64,000 bases of DNA from Histomonas meleagridis 2922-C6/04-290x (lineage: Eukaryota > Protista > Parabasalia): the NCBI GenBank assembly GCA_020184695.1, contig JAANOX010000271.1, positions 124,001-188,000 of the forward strand. The letters are read 5' to 3'. Below, piece by piece: positions 12,501-25,000 of this stretch. The translations under genes and the position numbers were made by a program. Within the stretch, counting starts at the first letter, position 1. The number at the start of each line of letters is the position of its first letter. Under the pieces are notes generated by a model that made no database searches, was not told where the DNA came from, and saw only the letters and a program-made list of their open reading frames with translations.

Positions 12501-13564
12501 AATTGAACAAATTCATCAAAATCGCCATACACAATTACAAATGAAGAAAGCAAAGTGAAATATGTAAGTTTATAATATATTATTTCATTATTTGTTAATA
12601 AATATTTTAATTTATTAAAACAAATTATTTTACTTTCTTCAAATGGAATTTTCCGTAATATATATACAAAGAAATCAATTGATTGTATTGGTTCATCGAC
12701 TTCAAATGAATATATTTTAATACATAACTCAATAAATACATCGAATATATATAATAAATCTGTTGATTCAATGTTCGTTTCTGTTATTCGTTCATTGATA
12801 TAATCAATAAATATAAGAATTTGTGTATTTGTTAAATTTAATGTTTTTAAATTTAGTATTATTTCGGAAATTGGACAAAATATTTCGATAATATCAATTT
12901 GTGTAACTTTGAAATATTTAATAACTTTAAGAAATAATAAAATTTGTAGATAATCTGTATCTGGTAAAAAAAGTTTTTCGAAAATATTTCGAATTTGTGT
13001 AGTATATGTAATAAGAATATCAATGGATTTATGTATTGGATATGAAAGTGCTAATAAACAAAAAGATGAAATTTGTGTTTTGATTTCATTAGATTCAATT
13101 CCGATATGAATTTTATTAAGGATGATTTCTAATGGAATATGATGATTATGTGATAAGTATTTGGAAAATAATGTAAAATAATGGCTAGTTAATTTGTCTG
13201 AATTTATTAAATAATTTTCAATTTCTAAAATAGGGTCATGGTAATTGGATAAAATTAAGGATAAAATGTCAATGGTAATTGTTGACCCAATTTCTCCTTT
13301 TAATATCTCTAAAAGATGATGAGAAAGATAAATTATTTGATTAACATCAAAACTTGAAATTAAAATAGTAATACATTTTTCAAGCCCTAATAAAATGCCT
13401 TTTTTAACAAATTCGTTTTCAGTTTGAAAAAAAGCTGTAATTAGAGATAGAATATTATTTGGATTTTGTACAATCATAATGAATTTATCAGATATCTCTG
13501 TTATCCACTCTTGATTGCTTGAAGAAAGCTTTGTATATATGTCGATTATTATTTTTGGTTCCAT
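9488..13564 (-). pseudogene. HEAT/importin-beta-like protein (about 929 aa reconstructed), split by a mariner
   Basis: ORFs 12323..13564, 10539..11282 and 9488..10267 join: the empty site reads TLHNY-KQIIGD in frame, with one further 1-nt frameshift near 10545. The family call rests on helical I/L/F-rich composition and size only. Confidence 0.65.
11061..12344 (+). mobile_element. Mariner element, family B, degenerate
   Basis: About 34-bp TIRs TAGGGTGTTCAAAAAGTC(C/A)TGACCCCCCCTCCTA with one mismatch; TA duplication at 11059-11060 and 12345-12346. Frameshifted transposase with GDESWF, HMDN and PPYSPDISPCDFF. Confidence 0.95.
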
Positions 13565-14399
13565 AAAACAAAATCAATTTATGCATCAAAGATTGATGTA
13601 ATTAAAACCGAATTTTGCGTTGAATTTTGATAAGATTCGGTTTATTATGTACATTTAAATTTAATGGGAGTAAAATGACATCTAAAAAATGCCAAAAAAA
13701 AATTGGATTTAATGGTTCAAATTAAGCATTCTCTTTTCATGAGATGGTTTACTACTCAAATCACATCAACACAATTATTACCATATTTAGCATTAAGCGC
13801 ATTAGTTGCGATAGTAATATCACATTTTGTAAGTCGTATTTTCCGTAAATCTGTTGAAAAAAATCCACAAAGAATATATTATAATGTTCAGCTTGAATTG
13901 CAAGCGCGTTGGATTGCATGTGAATCTCGTAATACAACAGGCTATATATCAATTTTTGTTTGTTTAATAATCCTTTGTGTGCTTATGATATTATTTCTCA
14001 TTCATACAAAAACATTAAATCAGGTCTATTCCAAGGAAAAAATTTGCCCCATATAGAAGATTTCATGTTATTTCATGTTAAAAATTTCATAAATTTTCTC
14101 TTTTCAAAATATTTGAACATCATACATTTTATTTCTTCTTTTGTTTTATACAAATAAACATCAATATTCCACTATCTTTTAATAAATCAACTCTTTTAAC
14201 AAACATGTTACACCAAAAAATCATGGATGTTAGATTTGCGAAACAAAACTATTTTTCATTTAATTTTATGAACATTTTTGAATATTTCAAGTTAATCTTT
14301 TGTATTATCTTTAATTTTTTATATAATAATATTTTAATTCTATTATTTTTTATTAAATTATTTCATTATTATTTCAATAAAACGAATAAAAGTTATAAA

Positions 14400-14878
14400 A
14401 TTAATTATAAAATTATTTCATTTTTATTTATTCTCTTTTTTATTGAAACTCATGAAACATTTGATTCAGATACGCAAACTTTAATTATTAATAATTCTAG
14501 TGAATATTCAAATAGAAAAACATATAAAGAACAAGTGAAACATATTATCATTAATGAAGGTATTTCTGAGATAGAATCTAATGCTTTTTATCAATGGGAA
14601 ACAATAATTTCAATTAAACTTTATTCATCAATTACAATTATTGGAAGTTCTGCATTTTTATCATGTCGTAATTTAGTAACAGTTCATCTTAATGAAAATT
14701 TAAATATCAAAATAAGAAGCGGAAACAAAATGAAGAAGAAATGAATGTTTCAGATGAAAATAATAATAAAATTAATGAAATAGATAATACATTTTCAGTT
14801 GGTATTAATAATTCAAATATTGAAGAAGATCCATTTGCAGACGATTTCAAAGAAGAAAAGTTTATAAGTCAGATATAA
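14400..14878 (+). pseudogene. Internally deleted BspA-like gene
   Basis: The N-terminal FDSDTQTLII segment and two LRRs are fused out of frame to a cytoplasmic tail ending IEEDPFADDFKEEKFISQI. The stalk and TM are absent. Confidence 0.75.
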
Positions 14879-15328
14879 ATAAACATATTTTAAGAACAAA
14901 ATAATTTTTTATTTATTTATTAAATACAAACATTTTTGTTGTTTGACGAATCTTATGTTTTCTTCGATTATTTATTATATGTTTATTATAGCAAATACAA
15001 TAAAAACATTAAATTTACATATAAAATTGTTCTATTCAAAATATTTAGCAAATGGATCTACTTCATAATGATATAAATTAATAACATTTTCTGTGTTGAT
15101 TTTGTTATTGGTTGCATTTCAATTTTCTTGATAACTCAAAATAGTATTCTTTAAGTTCGATGAAAATCGCAATTTTTGTTAGAAATGAATTGTTTACACC
15201 ATTTATTTGAAGTGAACAGATTTTACTATTCACAAAATTGACCAGCTGGTGAGATCTCACATTTTATTCAAAAAGTTTGATTTTTCTTTGGGTAAAGATT
15301 TTGCCTAATAGAAATATAAAATCAATTT

Positions 15329-15757
15329 ATGTCTGAGCTATCTAAGAAAAGAATAGGAAAATTACAAATTAACCTTGAAGCAAAAACCAAGAGAAGCCGA
15401 ATATCGCTATGGGATTCCGCTGAATGGGCAATGAATGTTTATTCAAATCAGAAAGTTCATAGGAAACCTCTCTGCATCCTTGATTATCGGCTAAAAGAGC
15501 ATCCTTTAGAATGTTCAATTATAGCTGAAAGTGCAAACAAAAATAAATTCTGTAAGTTAAAAAGATCGAACTCAAAGATAAATAAGCGGAAAGCAATTAA
15601 ATTTTTCGACTCTGCAGAATGGGCAAAACACAAAGACGAGAATGTTTCTGATGAACAAGAAAACTTAAGATGTCCTCATGAGGAGGTCTTAATTTCGTTT
15701 CTAATAGAGACCCCTGGGTCTTCTTTGTTATCATCGGAAATCACTGTAAACAAATAA
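15329..15757 (+). CDS. Endosulfine/ARPP19-like small protein with two DSAEW motifs
   Basis: SLWDSAEWAM and KFFDSAEWAK resemble the FDSGDY/FDSADW Greatwall-kinase site of ENSA/ARPP19/Igo proteins. Confidence 0.6.
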   Translation: MSELSKKRIGKLQINLEAKTKRSRISLWDSAEWAMNVYSNQKVHRKPLCILDYRLKEHPLECSIIAESANKNKFCKLKRSNSKINKRKAIKFFDSAEWAKHKDENVSDEQENLRCPHEEVLISFLIETPGSSLLSSEITVNK

Positions 15758-16177
15758 ATAAATTGAACATGGGATTAATCATTTTGGTGAAACTTTTTGC
15801 TTCATATGCAAATTTCAAAAACATTTGGAGAGTCAGCCCCACTTATACAAACATACACTTGTGAAAGCAAAAGGTTATAATGAATCGTTGTTTCAAAAAT
15901 CAATTATTTCTCACAGATGAAATTAGAAATTAAGATGTCGATGAATTCCAAAAGATTTCGTTTTAGTTATGAAAAACAGTAAAAATCGTATGCAATACCA
16001 TAAATAATTAAATTTATCACACTAAGTCTAAAGATCCCGATATTTCAACCTCGTTAGAGGAAGGGAAACTTTTTGAATAAAATTTGATCGGACATCAGAA
16101 TTTTCAATATATCAAATTTTTTTGATGAGATTAAGCTTAATCTCTTAAAAACTCAAATACATCTGATGAATTTAATT

Positions 16178-17425
16178 TCAACCTAAAGACTGAATAAACT
16201 CATTGATATTATCGCGAACAATTTTTAATTCAGGCTTCAAAAATTTATCAATTGTAAAATCTAAAACAAATTTAAAAATTTCTTTCCAATCTTTTGTATA
16301 CTGCGCAAGTGCATTTGCTATGTTTTGTATTGTGTTTTTGTCCTTTTGTAGATTTTTCAAAATCATTATTGGATCATTTTCAACAAAATAAATAAACGCA
16401 ATTTCCAAATCAATTTGCTGCTCTTTATCTAAACTTGAGCTGGGAGGTCCAATATCAGGGCAAAAAATGGGTGCTATGAAATACGAACATAAAGATACAA
16501 ATAATTCAATTTCTTCATTTTGTAATCGAAATAAGTTGATCATGTCTTCTAAGAAGCTTTCATAACACTTATTTTCTTTTAGGGACTCAAGAAGAGGAAT
16601 TACAACGGAGTTTGAATAAATAAAATCGGTGAAACCGTTTAAAAGATTTAAATTCTGAATATAACCGTTTTCTGAATTGAAAAATGAATTATAAGAACTC
16701 AAAACAGCTTTAAACGCTTCTATGTTTGATTCGATCCCATCGTCAAGAAAGGTACCTGAAACCATAGCAATTTCTCCCAATAAATCTCCGTTTTGTTGTT
16801 GGAATCGAGTAATTAATTCTTGATACCAACAACATAAACTGTCATTGGAAGAAATGTATGACCGTGATACAGAGAGATCATCCAAACGAATAATTGGTAT
16901 ATACTGATGTGGAATTGCATTAGATGATAATAATGAAATTAATGATACAGTAATAGATTTTAGCATTTTCTTTTTGTGGTCAACAACGTCATCTATTTTT
17001 TCTGTAATTTGGTCAATTATGTATGTATTAATACATACCTTCTTGTAATTATTTTTGACTTTGTGAACTTTTTGTATCTGGATATTTGGATGTTGTGGGC
17101 AGGAAAATTTTTGTGTGTGCTTGTTTTGTGTGGAGTTTTCTAATTGTTGGATTAATTCAAGAGATTTGGAAATTTGAGATTTAATTGAATTCTTCCGAAT
17201 TTCATCAAAGTTTTGGATCCCATCTATATTATCGACGTGATAAAAATACAAATACTTCATTGCCTTTGGATGACTGCCAAACCAATTATTTAATTTCTCA
17301 AGTTGAGGTGAATTATTAAGAAGTATTGCTTCCGCTTTTATTTCTTTTGCATTTTGGAACAAAAAATTGCCCATTGAAAATTCGGGTACAGCAGGAGTAT
17401 TCTCCTTTTTTTTGAACAAAAACAT
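16178..17425 (-). CDS. Hypothetical helical protein, 415 aa
   Basis: Intact ATG-to-stop ORF with normal coding composition; no motif recognised with confidence. Confidence 0.8.
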   Translation of the reverse strand: MFLFKKKENTPAVPEFSMGNFLFQNAKEIKAEAILLNNSPQLEKLNNWFGSHPKAMKYLYFYHVDNIDGIQNFDEIRKNSIKSQISKSLELIQQLENSTQNKHTQKFSCPQHPNIQIQKVHKVKNNYKKVCINTYIIDQITEKIDDVVDHKKKMLKSITVSLISLLSSNAIPHQYIPIIRLDDLSVSRSYISSNDSLCCWYQELITRFQQQNGDLLGEIAMVSGTFLDDGIESNIEAFKAVLSSYNSFFNSENGYIQNLNLLNGFTDFIYSNSVVIPLLESLKENKCYESFLEDMINLFRLQNEEIELFVSLCSYFIAPIFCPDIGPPSSSLDKEQQIDLEIAFIYFVENDPIMILKNLQKDKNTIQNIANALAQYTKDWKEIFKFVLDFTIDKFLKPELKIVRDNINEFIQSLG

Positions 17426-17589
17426 ATTTTAGTTTCATTCGAACAGACATAGTGAATCCATATTTTTTATATCGATTCCATTGTTACTTTCTGTTCTTCA
17501 ATGTGCATATCTCAGGGCTTTTATACCATTATTAACCTCCAAATATTTGCAAGGTTAAGAAAAATATTACAAAAATTTTATAAATGAGT

Positions 17590-17750
17590 TAAGTCGTATT
17601 CATGTGCATCCCTTAATCATTTTATAAAATAAACAAAATGAATTAGTTTTGCATATATTCAAAAATGCTTCTTGGGCACCTTCACCTGTTAAAGCAGATG
17701 TTTCAAAAAGGGGATGGTTTCATCATTGATGTACCTCTCTTTCAGATAAA
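17590..17750 (-). pseudogene. Rab-family GTPase relic
   Basis: Translates as ...FETSALTGEGAQEAFLNICK (G5 box), with in-frame stops upstream. Confidence 0.6.
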
Positions 17751-17962
17751 GAAATGATAAATATTAATTCAACTCACATTAATCAACGCATTTTTTTCTA
17801 AAAAAATTAAACAATAGCTGTTTTACAATTTTATAGTGTTCTTATAAGAAGAATCACAATTCCATTTTATATCATCACTATTCAAAATATATTTATACAG
17901 ATTCAGTTACAATTAATTTATTTAGTTTAACAAAGAATTCTTTTAGAAGTTCCGCAGTTTGC

Positions 17963-18582
17963 CTAAAATATAATACATACTTCTTTATGCATTTTCTTAT
18001 CTTTTGGTGGTAAACTTTTGTTTTCTGTGTTTGGATGAATCTTGACATCCAATCTTTTATATTTTTGCATTAAACTTACAAGAGCTGTAAAAGCTTCGGT
18101 AACATTGATACCCCACTTAGAAGAGGTCTCAAAGAATTTTGCACCAAATTTTGATGCAAGTTCTTCACCTTCTTCTGGGCTAACCAAAATTTCTTCTATA
18201 TCTGATTTGTTTCCGCAAATAACAATTGGTACATCGGTATTATTTTTTTCTCTTATGATGTTCTCACACCAAATTTCGGCATTTTGGAAACTTTGAGGGT
18301 CAACTTTGGAATAAACAACTAAAAAACCATCACTTTCTTTCATGTATGGAAAATATAATGGTAATTCCCAATTTTCTTCAATATCAAGGATATTAAAAGA
18401 TATTGTTGAGTCATCAACGGATAAAGTATAATTATAAACGTCTGTAGTTAATCCATCCGAACAACAAAATCTTTTTTGAACCAGTCGTATTACTAAACTG
18501 CTTTTGCCCACACCACAATCTCCAAGAATTGCAATCTTATAAGGTTTTGTACTCAAACAATCTGATGAATATCATAAACCAT
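17963..18582 (-). CDS. Atypical Ras-like small GTPase
   Basis: G1 GDCGVGKS, G4 NKSD, G5 ETSSK and CAAX CIIF are present; G3 is degenerate (DIEEN). The ATG at 18580-18582 is shared with the paralog but out of frame with the body. Confidence 0.75.
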
Positions 18583-19080
18583 TTAAATTTGACAATAAAA
18601 AACGTTTAAATATGTTAACAAAAATCAGTAGCAGCCAAAATTTAACAACCTTGTGAATTATTCCAATGAAAATGACATGTGATATAAAATAGGATGATCT
18701 GAGTGTTCGATGGGGATCAGGTAAATTACACCAAATTCCCCAAATATGCACATAAAATAAATCGAAAATATACATTGAAATCACCATGCATTTATTAATC
18801 ATTAAAAAAGAATAAAAAATTTAAATCATGAAAAAAGATTTTTATCAAACATTGAATGAATTAGGATAGAAGCAAATTTACATAATATCTTAATCATTAT
18901 TGTCCAAAGTGAATTAAAAAAGAAACAGTCGAAACACCAAACACAATTATAACCATTGGAAATTATTCAACAAAAAATAATTTTCTATATTGAACACAAA
19001 AAGGCTTCTTTTGGAAGTTGGTAATCAATTTGCATATTGTTACACGTTTTACTTGAAATGTTAAACATGTTTTTTATTTA

Positions 19081-21418
19081 CCCATTTTTACCTTTTATTC
19101 GTACAAACGATACGAAAATTGAGAGTCTTTGTTGTAAAATTTACAACAAAGAAATTTGAGACATTTTATTTTTGGCAGAAAATTGAGTTAAAATGAAAAC
19201 AGCCATTCGATCGTAAATCAAACCGTTACTTTTGTGAAGAAAATTATTCAAAAAAATATTTTCACTTCATGTTATTTTTGTCATGACGTTCTTCTTGTTT
19301 TCGAAACTCGAAAACAGTTAGTTGGAACTCGAATCCCAAATCTCAGTTTGAGATCGAGAACGTTCATGTTTGATAATTTCCAATAATTTCAACACTCAGT
19401 TATTGGCACCAGAAAAGGAATGAAAATAAAGACTGGTTTCCAAATTGCGAAGGGCATCCAAATCGTAGGGTATTTTCGAAAGAAACCGAAGCGAGTATGG
19501 CAGAAGAAATTATACAACAAGCCGTCTCTGGTTTTGGACCTACGACATTATCATTTAAGATGAAAGCTCTCAATGAGTTTTCGTTAAGTGGTAATCCAAA
19601 ATATGAACGATTTTGCGCGTCTACTACATTTATAAGCGATTTCATGAAGCGCAATAATCTATCATATCGGAAACCACATGCAGAAAGGCGAACAAATATC
19701 AATAATGAATATGTTCAAATCTTCCAAGATAAGCTTAAATTAATATTTCAGAAATATCCGAAGGAAAAAATTTTCAACATGGATGAAACATGTTGGAAAA
19801 TTTCGAACACCCCAGCGAAAGTATTACACAAGATTGGAGTGCCAACGGTTAAGATCCAATCAATCCAAAACGAGAAATTAACTTTGACGGCCATCGCGGC
19901 AATTAATGCAAATGGGTCAAAGTTGCCGCTTCGGATTATTGCCAGAGGCAAACCGAATAGGTCCGAGAATAAATTTGGGAAATTAAACGAAAATTTGATA
20001 TTTACTTATACTGAACGTAGATGTGCTAATGATGATATTCTGATTTTCTATTCGAATTGGATTCATAATAAAGCCAATGGTGAACCATGTACCTTAGTTT
20101 GGGACATTTTTCCTGCTCATCAAGCAGAAAATGTTAAGTTGAGCTCAAGAGCTTCAAATTGTGCTATTTGTTCCAGCCGGTAGAACATCAAAATATCAAC
20201 CTCTTGATGTTAAGGTATTTGGGGAACTTAAATCAAGAGCTCAAAAAAAATTTTAGCATTAAACTTTTAAAGATCAAACAAGAAACATAACATATCAAGA
20301 ATCAATTAAGATACTCGTTAAATCATGGCTCAGTATTTCTCAAAAAAATATCGAGAAAGTTTGGGAATTAATTAAACAATGAAAAATTAAAAAAAATCAC
20401 AAATGTGAAGTCATAAGTTTGATGTGTATTTTGAAATTATGAGCAATTCATCAGCAAAATTCAACTTTTTCAAAAGAAGTCATTGAATTGATGAAATAAA
20501 CCTATGAAAAAATGGTACATTTTTTCTACATAATTTTTTGCAAAAGAATAAATGACAATCATTGTTTACGTCACATCTCTCAATTATCATGAATAATAAA
20601 TCAGAGAAAACTTGAACCAGCATAAATTATCAATAACAAAATGAAATCATTGTCTAATTATAGAAAAGATATAAACAAACATAGTCAAATATATTTCCAT
20701 GCAATTTGTCACTTTTTGGTTTTTTTAAAAATTATAATTCTATTTTCCCAGAAACCGAGTGAGTAAATAAATGCAAAAATATTAAAACTCGTACAATACC
20801 TATAACATTGGAATAAAACGATTTTGAAAACAATTTGTTTTTTGTCAGAAAAAAGTCGAAATGATTAATCACTTTTTCACGTTTTTGAAGAATTTCATAT
20901 TTTCAATATATAAATTGATTGTGCTCATGATGTAGTTTCCAAAAATAATTTTCATAAAAAATATTATTGTTTGTGTGTTGAGTTATTCTTTATTTAAATT
21001 GAATGAAAAATACGTTAAAAATATGGATCTGAATTTAACATGATATTTTTCACAGTAGGTATTAGTATATACTAACTTTTGAATATTGTTCAAAATGCAT
21101 GTTTCTGTGTTGCCGATCTGATCGATGCGCAATTTTTGATTGTTCATTATTTCAGTGGCACATGACATCTATATATTATTTACAAAATATCTGTTTGATT
21201 TTTTTCAAATTTTATGCAAAAAAAACATAGATATTAACTCAGCTAAAATACAACAAAAAACGGATTCAATTATTTCAGTTTATTTTGATCTGATTTTTTG
21301 GATTTGTGGGATAATTTTCAATGCATTCAATTTCCTGCCGATCATTTTATTCACAAATAATAACAAACTATGTTTGATTCAAACCCTATCGTTTGTACGA
21401 ATAAAAGGTAAAAATGGG
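19081..21418 (+). mobile_element. pogo/Tigger-like DNA transposon
   Basis: Perfect 32-bp TIRs CCCATTTTTACCTTTTATTCGTACAAACGATA, with TA duplication at 19079-19080 and 21419-21420. Encloses a DDE_1-type transposase. Confidence 0.93.
19497..20256 (+). pseudogene. pogo-family DDE transposase, frameshifted
   Basis: FMKRNNLSYRKPH, NMDET and VWDIFPAH, then in another frame LFVPAGRTSKYQPLDVKVFGELKS. Confidence 0.9.
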
Positions 21419-21420
21419 TA

Positions 21421-21981
21421 TTTTTTTTTTTTACTTTTTTATGCTTTTTCTGATTAATTTTATCTTTTGTCTTAATCTTAACATCTGATCTTATGGATTT
21501 TTGCATTAAACTTACAAGAGCAGTAAAAGCTTCGCTGATATTGATGTTATTCTTATCAGAGGCCTCAAAGAATTTTGCGCCAAATTTTGATGCAAGTTCT
21601 TCACCTTCTTCTGGGCTCACCAAACTTGATTTCGAAATCTGATTTGTTTCCACAAGCAATAATTGTATCATCATTGCCTCTTTCTCGCACCATACTTCGA
21701 CGCTTTGTAAATTTTTAGGGACAATTTTGATATAAACAACTAAAAAAACATCATTCTCTTTCATGTATGTAAAATTGCTCAACTACATACATTAGTGTCA
21801 ATTGACTCTTGATATATCAAGAGATATGGTTGTATCATAATGTATAATTATAATAGATATCTGGTTCTTCGAAAGCACAAGATCTTTTTTGAACCGGTTG
21901 TATTACTATACAGGTTTTACTTACGCCTCCATCTCCAAAAACGGGAACATTTAATTTGACAAGGACAATATCATAAACCAT
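21421..21981 (-). pseudogene. Ras-like pseudogene, paralog of 17963..18582
   Basis: Shares the ATGGTTTATGATATT start and VSPEEGEELASKFGAKFFE with the paralog. G1 is broken (GDGGVSKT), there is an internal stop and deletions, and the pogo element abuts its 3' end. Confidence 0.85.
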
Positions 21982-22094
21982 TCAAATTAAAATGTATTTT
22001 TGCAAAAAGTGCTAAAATTTGGAGAAATCGAAATCGGTTGTTAACTAACTTTTACATCGAAAAACGAAATCGATGAAACATTTCACATTTCGAA

Positions 22095-25000
22095 ATGGGA
22101 GATTGTTATAATTGCATTAGGAATCTCAAAACGCCAATCACTAAAGCAATTGAAGAAGGAATACCTCAAATGTTTTCTTATTATGCCGGAATCCTTTCTC
22201 ATAATATTCAAAGATTTGAAGAATTAGGAGATTTAAGACCTTCAAATCAAATCAACGATAGCGACATTATTTTTTTAACGCAAGTAAATCATGAGAAGGA
22301 GAAAATATTTTCGCTTTTACCTGTTTATGAAAAAGCAAATTATTTTGCAAAGGAAACTCGTTTTTTAAATGATTCTTTCAAAAGAGATATAAATAATTAT
22401 CAAAACGCCAACATATCTGAAGGAACAATTAATAATTACAAAAGAAATATCCTTAAAGCCATGAAGTTTGGTGATGATAATTTCTCTGAACTTAATTTCC
22501 TTAATGAAAAAACACGTGAAAAAATCGTTGAAGATTATAAATATCTTAAAGAAGTTTCACAAAATTTTGATGAAATTTATGACTTTGTTAAAGCTCATAA
22601 TGAAGTTTCAAGTATAGTTTCTTCAATTAAAAACACTTATGAAAGAATGAAATCGAATGTTGATAACAAAAAATATAATGAAATTATTCGTTCATTTAAT
22701 GATTTTATAAAAGCGAGAAATGATATGATGACAAAGCCAAGATTTAAGAAATGTAAAGAAATTGAACCACTGAAAACACTTTGTAATGAAGTTGAAGAAC
22801 TTTATCAAAAACTTATTAATGGATTATATCATGAATCAGAAGTTGAAGATGAAAAAGAAAATGTTATTAAAACATTGAGAAATGAACTTGAATCATATAA
22901 AAGAAATAACAAATATAATGAATATCAAATCAATAGTTTTTATAATAAATATGTTATAATTCAGTTTGAAGAAGTTAAAAATGATCCTGAAATTATAAAT
23001 ATGAAAAATGAATTTGAAGAAATAGTGGAAAAGACTTATCAAGACCTTCGATATGAAAAAATGGATTATATAAAACGACAATGTTTATCTTTATTAAATT
23101 CTTTAGATGCAGTTAATGACAAAAATAAAATTAGATTACAAGAAGAATATGCATTACAAAAATGTATGTTATTTAATGATCAATTCATAGCTGATTTTAC
23201 TGAAGAATGTCCTGAAATCTCAAAAAAATATGAAGAATATCAACAAAAATATGGCAAAGAAATAACACCAATTTATAATGATTATAATGTTAGACAAATA
23301 TTTAGTTCATTTATTAAAAATGCTTCTAATATTCGAACCAATATAAATAATTCTAATTTAATACAATTCAAAAAGTATATAAATATTTGTGAATTCATAA
23401 TTAATAAAAGTGATTTCCAAAATTATCTTTCAGAAAGTCAAAAGAATGATAAAGATTATATACAAATAACTAATATTATTGCTAATAAAGACAAATTTTT
23501 AGAACTTGTTCCATATTATTCTAGATATAGTCAATTCCAAAATAATCTTTTTACCGTCAAAGAAGCACTTCAAAAGTTACAAGAAAATAAATTTTCATAT
23601 TATCAATACTTCGAAGCTAAGCCTCGAATTGAAAAAACTTTTAATTTTTATTCGGAAAAGTTTTATGAACTTGAATTTCTTTCAGATAATGAAAAGAATT
23701 TAGTTCAAACATTTGGTCCATTAATAGTTAATTATCATGAAAAATCAAAAGAAACTTTACAATTACTTTTATGCCAATATATATCACAACAATTAGAAAG
23801 TCAATTTAATAGTAAATATTTAAAAATGAAAAGAGCATTAGAAAGTAAATCATATAATTTCTTAAATGAATTAGAAGATTATATTTTAATGATCGAAGAT
23901 CTTTCAAATAGAACGTATATACAAGAAGCAAGTTCTATAGAACCATTAAAATCACTTGTTAAGCAAATTACAGAAACAAATGAATATATAAATACACAAA
24001 ACATTTTAACAAAATACCAAATCGATGAAGCATTTCGAACATATGAAAATACTCTTAATAATTATATATCTAGAATCCAAAATGATTTCTCTGAAAGTAC
24101 AATGGAATCGTTTTATACAACTATTAGTCAAATGAAAGCAAATTGTGCAAATATTTTACAAGAACAAAAGTTCCAAGATATGGTAACAAAATTTGAAACA
24201 TATTTAAAGGAATCTCTTCAAAAGCAACGTGAAAAAGAATTAAAATCAGCTGAAGAACAAGCATTTAATGAATTAAAACAATATTCAAAAGAAAACATGT
24301 CTGAAAATGATAAGAAATACTTTTTAGAACGTTATATTAAGTTTTCGAATAAAAGTATTAAAGGTGTTATAACTAACGTTACTGTCAATGAAAAATGTAT
24401 TCCATTAATTGAAAATTATTTATCTAATGGAGGAACTTTATATGAAACAAAGTCTTCATCGAAAGCTCCATTCGATTATGATATTTGGGTTCCTAGTCAA
24501 ATGCCTGAAAATTTGATTCAATGCGATATTCGTCCTGTTCCTTGTTTACCAGGTGCTATCCAAACAGAATTCAAACCACCTGAGTTAGTTAAAAAGACAT
24601 TTGCTCCACCAACCATTGGTTCTGTTGCTGTTCAATTTAATGTTCCTAAAATACAACCAAAGCCAACACAAGTCAAACAAGAAGCTCCTAAACCAGTACA
24701 AGTCAAACAAGAAGTACAAACACAACAAATTCAACCTAAACCTGCTCAAGTACAACCAAAACCAACACAAGAAACTCCGAAACCAGTACAATCACAAGAG
24801 AAATCAAATGGTCCATCAGAACTACAAATTATTTTAGTATTTAATGCAATCAAAAATACACAATTAAACAAATTAGTATTAAATGGTAATTTAAGTGGAT
24901 TTAAACAAGAAATCAAAAAAATTGAACAACAACTTTCTATAATTGATATGTTTTCTTCACAAGAATATTTAAATTCAACTCAAGCAAATGATAAAGACTT

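Noticed and set aside
13703-14157. Small ORFs between the HEAT and BspA genes
   Set aside because: Non-ATG starts, no recognisable domain, and conflicting frames on both strands.
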